Source: Vicugna vicugna (lineage: Eukaryota). From it: DNA of 64,000 nt. Positions 47,601 to 57,160 of the stretch are shown one piece after another. The translations under genes and the position numbers were made by a program. Position 1 is the first letter of the stretch. Every line of letters begins with the position of its first letter. The notes beneath the pieces were generated by a model that did no database searches, was not told the DNA's origin, and was given only the letters and a program-made list of their open reading frames with translations. The stretch lies in NCBI GenBank assembly GCA_013265495.1, contig MU058233.1, positions 469,038 to 533,037 of the forward strand, written 5' to 3'.

Positions 47601-50399
47601 CCCCAACTCAGCCACATGAGGCACCTGCTCCAAGGGTTAATGCCAGGATTTGGGGCCACAGAAGGCACTGGACGCTGGGATCAGCTGGAACGAGCAGGGA
47701 AGGCGGGGTTGGGGGAGGAGGCCAACGAGTTCTCATGAATGAACACAGCTCAGCCCCCCAGTCCAGCTGGCAGGGGCCCAGTCAGGGCCAATGGCTTGGC
47801 TTCGGCTGCTCACTCAGCAGGGGCCTCGACCTGGAGCGCCCAAGGAGGTCTCTGGGACCCGGATCCACCGTGATCCATCCCTGGGAAGGCCCAGGGGTTT
47901 TAGTGCCCTCCAGAGGGCACAGTTGTCAGGGGGGTCCCTGAGAGGAAAATGGGGTGCTGTGAAGAGCAGGGAGTGAAGAAGTGGCCAGGAGGAAGGTCTT
48001 CCCCTCAGGCCTGGGCTGCCACGTGGCCCCAGGTCAGGGAGGCCAGGTGTGCGCACGCACGTGGAGGTGGGGGATGGAGGCAGGATGGGGCACCTGGGCC
48101 GTCGGGAGTCTGTGCTCAGTTTCTGCAGGGGCGTCGTGGGGTTGGTTGTGGGGACGCTGGTTCCAACTCCCTTCCTGTCAGAATGGTAGCCTCGCTGTCT
48201 AGGGGCTGAGGAAGGGTCACTGGGGCTTGGCCGGTGCCTGCCCCTTGCCCCACCGCCCAGAGCCTGCCTCCAACTGGTTTGAGGGAGTCTGAGGGTGTCC
48301 TCAGCCACATCCCCCTTCTCAGGCTTCCCCAGGGTCTGAGGCCAGGCCTGCAGGTGTGGGGGCCAAGTGCGCCTCTCTGGAGGCCACTGTGGTCCAGCCG
48401 TGGGTCAGAGGCACCTCCCAGCCCTGGAGGAGGAGAGGTGTGGGGCAGAATCCAGAGCCCTCAACGCCGTGTGTGCTCGTGTACGCTCCCGAGAGCTCCG
48501 TGGAATGACCGTTGTCCGAGGGTGAAGCCGTCTGGTGGGGTGTGAGCTCCTGCGGGGGCTGCCATGGACAGCTGTTCAGGCTGTGCACTGCACAGCTCCA
48601 GGGCACTGTTCCCACTGTCTCCACTGGTGACATGTGCATCTGTGACGTGTAACAGTCGAGCGTGCCGGCGGTGGGGGGTGCCTCTGCTCCGTCTGCACGG
48701 AGGGGCTCTGGGGGTAGTCGGAGCCTGTGTGCACCTTCCAGTGGGGGTCTCTGCAGGGTGGTGAGCGCAGAGTGTTGGGCAGGTGTCAAGAGCAGGTGGG
48801 CGCTGTGTCCAGATGTTAGGTGGGTGTGGGGCCATCGAGGGGCTCTGGGTGCCCCTTTGTGTCTGTGAAGGGATTGGGGCGGGTTCAGAGTCCCAGTGAG
48901 CTTGCTCGCTGCTGGAGAGAGGGGTGCCCAGGGCTCCTTGGTCAGCCCCAAGGTGCCCCAGGCACAGGTGGCTTCCTGTCCCCCACAGCCTGGGGGGCAG
49001 CCTAGGTCCTGCCTCTTGGGCCCCTTCTCAGCTGTGCCTGGACAGGCCACCCTCAGCCCCACACCCTGTGGGTCTGATCACCAAGTGGAACCACATGTTG
49101 CCTGTCTGCGGCCGAGAGCACTTGGCGGCCGGCCCAGGAGGCAGACGCTTCCTCCTGGAATGTGCAGCAGAGCCCGGGCTGGGGGCCCTGCCAGAGAGGG
49201 GTCACAGGAGGGGGTTCTTCATGGGCCAGCCGCCATGGCCTCACTGTTACTGCTAGAAGGCCCAGGACATGCCAAGATGAGGGCAGTGTCCCTAATGCTG
49301 CTGGTCTGACAGCAGTGCCCTAACCACGCTGGTCTAAGGGAAATGTCCTCTCCCCACCTTTCTGACGGCTGTGACCTGACCGTGCCAGGTTGAGGGCAGC
49401 GCCCTACTTTTCACACAACCACGAGTCTGAAGGCAGAGCCCTGGCCCCTCCAGTCTAAGGGTGTGTTTTTGGAAGAGCTGGCTGTTACGTGTTCAGGAAT
49501 TTTGCAGGCCAGCTGTTAAACTATCGGTAGCTGGAAGCAGCCACAGTGTGAGTGTTCTCCGCGCAGAAACAGAAACTGCAGGCGCTGCATGTCAGGCTCC
49601 CCTCTCCCCCAGGGGCCCCTTTGCCCCTACCTCTCCGATGGCCTCATGGCCCACTTCCACTTTCAGAAGGGTCACCTTCAGTGAGGCCCGCTTCTCTGCT
49701 GTTGTCCTTCCAAAGCACCTGTGGCCGTCTGCCGGCGTGTGCTGGCCTCTTCTCTGAGGGTTCGGGAGGGCGGGCCCTTGTGTCTGTTTGTGTCCACTGC
49801 CCAGAACAGAGCCATCTCACGGGCACTCAGTAAGCACTGGGTGGGTGGTGGATGAACGGTAGATGGGTGGGCAGAAAGATGGATGGATGGATGGGTGGGC
49901 GGACAGTCCCAGGGACTGTAATCTTGTCTCTCCAGCCCCAGCTGGAAGTGGAGGCGTGCCATCCCTGGCTTTCTGGCATAGCTGGCCAGCAGCACTTCTA
50001 AGCAGGTAGGAAGCAGAGAGGGCACCAGGACAGCCAGACCCGAGCTTGGTGACCGGCCATCCCAGTGTGTCCAGGATTGGGGTGGTTCCCAGGGCACATG
50101 ACTGTTTCACAGGATTTTCTGAGACATGGGACTTCCAGAGCTAAAACCAGCCACCTGAGGAAGGATGGCTGACCCCAGCCTGCCCTCTCCGGCAGGGCAC
50201 CACCGAGGAGTCAGCATAAGGTATCCCCTCTGGGGACCAGCTCAGAGGAGACAACTCGTGTGAACGTATGAAGTGGAACGTGGCATCCTCCCTCCTCGCA
50301 TTCCAGCTATGTGTGGGTTGTTCTTCAGCCTCTGCTTCTCCTCCCCACCTTGCTGGGTGTCCTTGTGCAGTGAGCAACCTGCACAGCTGTACGCAGCAG

Positions 50400-50580
50400 C
50401 CCTGCACCAGGCCTTTCCAGTCCTTGTAGTATCTCTGGGTCCAGCCACCTTCTTCTGCGGCAGGGACCCTGCCCTGAGCTCAACCCAGAATACTGTCCCC
50501 CAGCAGTGAGACCATCCCTGACAAGCTTCTGGGTGCCGCTGATGCTGCTGGTCCAGGGACCCCACTTTGAAAACCATTGG
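50400..50580. mobile_element. MER5A (hAT-Charlie) fragment
   Basis: gctgatgctgctggtccagggaccccactttgaaaaccattgg matches the MER5A end. Confidence 0.75.
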
Positions 50581-51934
50581 ACGGGGGCATTTGTTTTCTC
50601 GCAGAGACTCCCCTCAGCAAGGCAGCCAGGAAGGTCCCCCGGGCTGGGATTGTCCCTCCTTTTGGTGAGGCCTATCATGAGGTTCAGAGGCAAGAAAGGC
50701 CCATTCCCACGGGGCAGTGAGAGCCCAGCTGGTGACAACAGGGACACCTAGGGGCTTCTCAGTGCTGGTCCTGGGCTCAGGCTCACAGGCAGAACCTCTC
50801 TCTCACCCCCATAGTGCCTGTGAAGGCTGAAGGCATCCCCATGTCACAGATGAGGAAGCTCAGGCTTGAGGAAGGTCGGACGAGGCAGCACTAGTTCAGG
50901 GTCTCCGCGTTCACCGTTTGGCTGAGCAGGGTGGAGCCAGTGAGGCTGGGGTCCCACAGGCTCGTGACGGGGGTGGGGGCAGGGGGTCCTGCCTGGGGGA
51001 GGCCTGGGACCCTGCTCTGGGCCTGCCGCGGGGAGGGAGGGTGGTACCGAGGCCAGGGCTTCCCGCAGGTGTGGCTAGTCCAGCTTCCCGAGGGGGCTTG
51101 CTCTCGCCTGAGCCCTGGCACCCTGCGCCCCAGGTTGACACTGGTTCTGTGTTTTGTCATTACGCTCTGCCCTCTACACAACGCAGGGATCAGTGGCTTG
51201 GCAGGGGTTGCATCGCACTTCAGGACCTAGGGCCGCCCTGGGGGCAGGGGCTCTGAGGCGCTGCCTTGAGAGGGGCTTCTGGCTTAGCCCACCATGGGGT
51301 CTGCAGGAGGAAGGGCTCAGGCCATGAGAGGGTTCCGCAGGGACCCGAGAGTCTTCCAGAGCGTAGCTGGCGCACCTTGCTCACCGGTCCTGGCCTTTCA
51401 CCCCAGCTGGGGTCTCCAGGGCTGAAGGACGCTTAATGACAAAATGGCTGGGTGTGGAGGACTGGGCCTCACTGACCTTGGTTTTGGGGCAGATTCTCAG
51501 CATTCCAGAGCTCTGAGAGTGTGTGCACTGGGCTGGGAGGCCTGGTGCGTAAAGAGGAGGGAACATCCCGCAGTGTCCCCACGCTGTCCCATGGGGACAT
51601 TGGCAGCACCTGCGGCAGGAGTCATGGGGTGCTAGGCAGCGTGCTGGCCAAGAACCATGACTTCGGAAGGTTTGGACTGTCAGTGTGTGTCCAGACAAAG
51701 ATGCGGGAATGAGAGGTGGTGGGACAGCAGAGCTCACTAGGTCCTGCAGGGAAGGCCAGGGTGGGGGCAGCCAGGAGCTGAGGAGACCAGGAGGTGGGAG
51801 GTGAAGCCAACGTGGTTCAGGGGTGGCGACTTCCTGGGCCTGGGAGGGTGAGGGGGTCAGGGGCTGTGATGTGCATCCCTTCCCCGCAGCTTTGTGAGGT
51901 GTGAAATTATTTCCAAGTAAAAATTAAAACACAA

Positions 51935-52215
51935 GCAGGCTTCTGAGTCTACTTCCTGCACTGTCACTTAACCTCTCTGGGCCTTGATTTTCTCCTCTGT
52001 AAAATGGGCACAAAGTGTCTAATCAGGGCTTTTGTGTGAAGAGTGAAAAGCTAAGGGCAGGCTCTCAGTGCAGCCATGTCTCTGGAGATTCCGGCAGGTA
52101 TGGGACAAGGCAGCAGCTAGCCTAGTGGGTACTACTTGCTTCATTCTGCAGATGACAGAACTAAGGCACAGAGAGGTTGAGTAATGGCCCTGGGACACAC
52201 AATGGGGAGTGGCCC
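51935..52215. mobile_element. Two MIR fragments in opposite orientation
   Basis: gtcacttaacctctctgggccttgattttctcctctgtaaaatggg (+) and cagatgacagaactaaggcacagagaggttgagtaa (-). Confidence 0.6.
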
Positions 52216-52704
52216 GGTCACACACAGCTCTGCAGATCTTGCAGCCCGGACTGCCCACCGTGGATTGTGGTGAGGACTGAGGAGGCCTGTGAGCGGTGGG
52301 CGTATGGGGAGCAGGAACAGGGGTGAATTGCCGCCGCTGGCCTGTCTTGACGCCCGGTGACCCAACCCTGGTGGAGGGGAACAGCTCAGGCAGCCCACTG
52401 GCCTGCTCCCCATCCAGGCGTCTTTCAAATCATCCGCCGGCTGGAGGGAAGGGGGCCACTGCAGTTTTGTCATCCTGTGCCAGCCCTTCGCCCCCCGCGG
52501 GGCACCTCTTTCCCATTCTGCATAGGAGTGGGCATTACTGGGCTGTAAATGGTCAGCTCTGCCCCTCCCGCCCCCTCCCTGGGTTTCGGCCCAGAGGGAT
52601 GGGGTCGGGGTGGGGGTGAGGCGCCTGAGCCTGGCCGTGTGCCTGCCCCACCCCACAGGCAGGGCCGTGGTGTGTTTGCTGAGCCCGTCTCTCCCTGTCC
52701 CCAG

Positions 52705-52809
52705 ATGAAGGTCACAGTGTCCAGAGGGGGCGACCACAACAGTGATGGCGACAGCTTCCGAGAAGCCACCAGCTCCCGGAGGAGCAGTTCTCGGGACCAG
52801 CTCAGTGAC
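52705..52809 (+). CDS. FBRSL1: FBRSL1 canonical coding exon 3 (105 nt, phase 0/0)
   Basis: Acceptor ctctccctgtccccag|ATG AAG GTC; encodes MKVTVSRGGDHNSDGDSFREATSSRRSSSRDQLSD; donor GAC|GTGAGT. Recalled human sequence: [30 protein letters not shown]. Confidence 0.94.
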
Positions 52810-54881
52810 GTGAGTACCCCAGCCCCTCACCGCAACGTTCCTGGGTCCCCAGGGTGACTGCCGCAAGCCCTTTGCTTAGGGGCCCGGAGTCTCACTTGAG
52901 GGTTTTGTGCTCACAATTAGCATTCGCCTTCATTAAAACATGATTTTTCACTAACTAGGACTTCCCTGTCGGGGGCATTTAAATGAGGAACTACCATTCC
53001 GCACAGGCAGGAGCCGGTGGAGGCGGCTGTGGGGGGGCTCTGTCCAGTGGGGCTGGGCGCGGGGTGGGTGCCAGGCGGTCAGCAGCCCACCCCGCTCCAC
53101 TTGCTTCCACAGGCAGAGTTGTGGTCTGGGAGGCAGGACTCCCGCCAGTGTGTTTACCAGAAAGGGCGGTGGGAAGTGCGACTGGCCAGGCGAGTGGTCC
53201 TGCACTGCAGGGAACAAGCCGGAAGTTCTCCCACCCGCCCCGCGGACCGCCCTATCCGCTCAGGCCAGCAGCCTGCACGGTGAGGTGGCGGTAGGGTGCC
53301 CCTCTGAGGCACAAGCTGGCCTGGATCTGGGGATACCCTTCGGTGTCCTGTCTGAAAGACAGGTCCCTGAGCTTAGGTCCCTGGGGGCACCAGTGTGGGG
53401 GGGCCCCAGGGGCTCCCACTGGGGTTTGACCAGTGACGGGGGTGCTGGGTGGCCTTCCAGGGCCCCTGCGTCTCCCTAGAGCTTGGAAAGAGTGGATGGG
53501 GCTGGTGCAGCAAGGGCTAGGAGTGGGGGCAGAGGGGCCCAGCGGGGAGGACTCAGGCGGAAGGGTCCCCCAGAAGGAAGCTTCGCTCCCGGAAGAGGCC
53601 TTTGTCTCCTTGACCCCCAGCTGCAGAAGTGGCCGCGGAGCAGAGGTGGGTTTTCTGCCGGGCTAAATGGAACAAGTCTCTTCATTATCATTTAAATGGA
53701 GGCTGGGGGAGGGCGGGCGCGGAGGCCGGGAGGAGGGCCTAATTGCCCGGCTCCGAGCTTGTAGCCACAAGACGGGAAAATAGGCTGGTAATTGTCTGGG
53801 GCCGCGGGGGCTGCCCTATTTCGAACTCCTCTAATTGTCGGCCAGGGTGAATGGAGAGATTCTGAGCACAGCAAGGGCCGGCGTGAAGGCGCATGCTCGT
53901 GGGCAATTATGATGCCTTAGCCACCCCCTTCGGCAGGGCCAGGGTCTGCCTGGGGAAGGGGGAGGGGTCCCCCAACCCCTGCTGAGCAGAGTGGAGCCGC
54001 CCAGGCTGCAGTGCCGCCTGCCCTCCCAGACGTCCCTGGGTCCCTCCCAGTGCATGCTGGACCCTGGTCTGTGGTTCCCACATCCTGGACAAGCCCGTTC
54101 TCGCCAACTGCTGGAGGCCCCCCTCACACACACCTGCCCAGCCAGTCACCGCGTCCTGTCCTCCTGTGCCTTGGAGGTCAGCCCTGGTGAACACCACCAG
54201 CCCTGGGGACCTTGTGAAACACACTTAACTGGTTTCTTTCGTCAGGTCAGAAATGCCCATTTGAGCCAAAGGGAGCCCCATCCAGCACTGGGTCACCCTC
54301 ATGGGGCTTCCTGGGATGGCTGCCAGCCTCCCGGCCACAGCTGACCCATCTGACACCTGAGGCCCAAAGTTACCCGCCCAGCTCCTCCTCCAGGAAGCCT
54401 TCCCTGAGGTTCCCCGCTGGACCTCGTGACCCTGGGAGGCTGGTGGGTGACAAGGGACAAGTCGACCTGAGCATAGAGGAGTTTGACCCCCCGCCCAGAA
54501 CCATGTGTAGAACCCAGGGCTGGGTCTCTGGGAGGGGCCGAGACCTGGCCAAGGGTTGAGCCCATCCCTGAGGAACATCAGGGCTTTGCCTGCCTCTCTG
54601 TTGGGGTGACTCTGCTGGGCTGGACCACGTCTCCCGGGTCTGGGGGTGGCAGGTTCCTCATGAGGGTCCTCAGGGCTCCGTGATGCTCTGCTGTGTGGTC
54701 CCCAGCCCTCACGGCCCCCAGCCCAGAATGCCAGCAGAGACCCAGGAGTGGTCTAACTGGCCTGGCTTGGGCTCACAGTATCCTGCCAGGCAGGTTCTCT
54801 GACTGCTCAGGTCCTCGGGGGGAGGGTGGCCATCGAGGGGCTGCGACCTGGTTTCTAACTGTCCTTCTTCCTTCTCTGCAG

Positions 54882-54917
54882 AGCTCGGCGCAGGCGGTCT
54901 CAGGCAGAGGTTACTCC
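54882..54917 (+). CDS. FBRSL1: FBRSL1 coding exon 4 (36-nt microexon, phase 0/0)
   Basis: Acceptor ttctaactgtccttcttccttctctgcag|AGC (branch-like CTAAC upstream); encodes SSAQAVSGRGYS; donor TCC|GTAAGT. Recalled human sequence: SSAHAVSGRGYS. Confidence 0.93.
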
Positions 54918-56799
54918 GTAAGTCTCCCGCTCTCCCACTGTCTGCTCCCCACATGCCCCTCGGGACCCCCGACTGTGCTGAACGCTGCCTCCAGGCTGGA
55001 AGTGGGTTTGTACAGGGGTGGGGATGGGGCCAAAAGTGGGCCAATTCAGAGGGCCCGTCACTCCCTCCCAGGGTCCTGCCCTGCAGCCCTGGCCTGCGAG
55101 GAGTGGACGGTGGGGCAGGACACTCCACCTCTGGGGCCGGTGGGGCAGCGCTTGGTGTCGGGGGCCCCGGGCATGGAGCAGCACCCCCCTGCCCTGACAC
55201 CCTCTCCCCTGTCCATGCTCAGCCCAGGCCAGGGAGGCTGCACTGGGGCATGAGCGCCCTAGCTGTCGTCAGGGGTCTGGTAGGGGGAGGTCCAGGGGAA
55301 GGAAGGGGCAGGCCTGTGGTGGCTGATACTCCAGCTATGGCAGGGGTACCCTCCCTGTCCCCCAGCCCCCTCCTCACATCCTCACGACTTTATTTCATTT
55401 CTCCTTAAGTATCAGGAGGAACGTTAATGACACCATAAACCCCAGAGCTCCATAAAGGCCGTTTCTACAGATTTACAGCCATTTCGGCTCACTGGAGGGC
55501 AGGGGCCCAGGCTCCGCCTGCCTCATCCCCACAGCCCCTGATTTACTGCCAGTTCCCAAGTGCCAGGGTGTGACAGGCTGGCTCTCTAAATCACAGCGGC
55601 TTTTTATAGGGTGTGTAATTAACCCATTAATTCCCTGGTGGTGGGGACAGCCATGGATCCCTGGCCCTTCCCTCCCCCAGCTCCCCAGCCCCCAGGATCT
55701 GCCAGCCCAGGAAGTCTGCCTTCTGCCTCCGGCCTGGCCAGCCATAGCGTCTACGAGTCGTTGACCGGGGGCGCTGCGTATCTGGGCGGTGGTCCCGGTG
55801 CCACCTGAGGGGAGTTCCCTGGGGAGGACTCTGCCCTCCTTGGGCGGCCTTGGTGCTCTCAGCTGTTGTCACAGTCATGGTTGGCGGCCCCAGGCTGCTC
55901 CTGCCTCCCACAGACCTGGGCAGGCCGACCATGCCTACGGCCCCTGGGAGTTGACCATGTTGGCAGAGCAGCGTTCGGGCCAGGGCCTGGGCCAGGACCG
56001 GGCTCCAGGCGGGAACAGAGCAGGCAGACCTGCACTGTGGGAGGCGACTGACAGTGACGCGCTGGGTGGTACAAATCGGGACTGGGGAAAGCTGGGACAG
56101 TGATGGGGACAGTGGGGGGCCAGAAGGCCCACCAGCACGCACCAGTCCCGGTGGGTCCAGGAGTCCTGAGGGGCTGGGCTTGGGGATGCCCTGTGCCGAG
56201 TCATGGCTGAGAGACCCAGGGCCGCTGGGATCTCCCTTGGATGGCCGCTCTGCTTCCACATCCCCACACGTCATTCATGGTCTTCTCCCCAGAACGTTGC
56301 TTTGAACGTTGCCTGGCGAAGACCCTGTGATTGACCCGCCAGCTGCTTGCAGCTTAACCCCCCACAACCGCTGCACAGGAGTGACAGATGGCGTCAGGCA
56401 GGGCCCAGCCTGCTGCTGAGCCATGGGGGTCCCTGAACTGTGTCTGCAGACGGTCTGCAGGTGTGCCAGCTGGGCCCTGCTGTGTGCCGGCTGGCACTGC
56501 AAGGGCATGTGGTCGACCTGGCCCTGGTAGTCCTCTGGTCCACTTGGTGTGATGGCAGGTGGGGCTGCCCCTGGGGCTGGAGGAGTGGGAACGGGGCCCA
56601 GAGGACCCTTGCCCAGTAGGTGGAGGCTCTGGGCTGGGGCCAGAGGGATAGGGCTTGGGGGCCAGCTGGGCCGAGCTCAGGGCAGCTGCACTCCAGCCTC
56701 TAGATACGGACTTCGCCGTGGAGCCCTCAAACTGGAGGGTGCACGCTCAGGTGGGGCTGCTTCTGTGTGGCTCTCAGCGAAAGGGGAGTGTGTGGGGTG

Positions 56800-57160
56800 C
56801 TTCCTTGTGTGTTGACATGTGTGTCACATGCACGTGCCAGTGAGGTGGTGTCTCTGTGTGGCCGTGGTGGGGCTGCAGACCTGCACCCAGAAGGGTTGCA
56901 TGTTTCTCTCTGGCCGTCTGTGTGAGTCGGGGTCTTGTCCTCTTGTGAATCTGTCTGGGGATGCCTGGATGTGTCTGTGGCTGTGGCAAATGTGCGTTTA
57001 TGTGCTGGTGAGTGCGTGCATGCCACACGTGTGTGTCTGCATGTAAGTGTCCATCTAGGAGCCTGTGTCTGGGCATGGCACGGTGCATCTGTGACTCTGC
57101 AGTACGTGTGTGTGTGTGATCTCTGGCCACATGACACTGCCTGTGTGTGCGTTGGCCCCT
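56800..57160. repeat. Degenerate TG-rich low-complexity tract
   Basis: Many gtgt/tgtg/atgtg runs; explains the spurious Cys/Val- and His/Thr-rich ORFs in the track. Confidence 0.75.

Noticed and set aside
56085-56130. FBRSL1 exon 5 (expected ~CDSES..DDK) at the SWDSDGDSGGPEG-reading stretch
   Set aside because: Only superficial D/S similarity, with no suitable acceptor/donor pair bounding ~30 nt. The true exon 5 is probably beyond the window.
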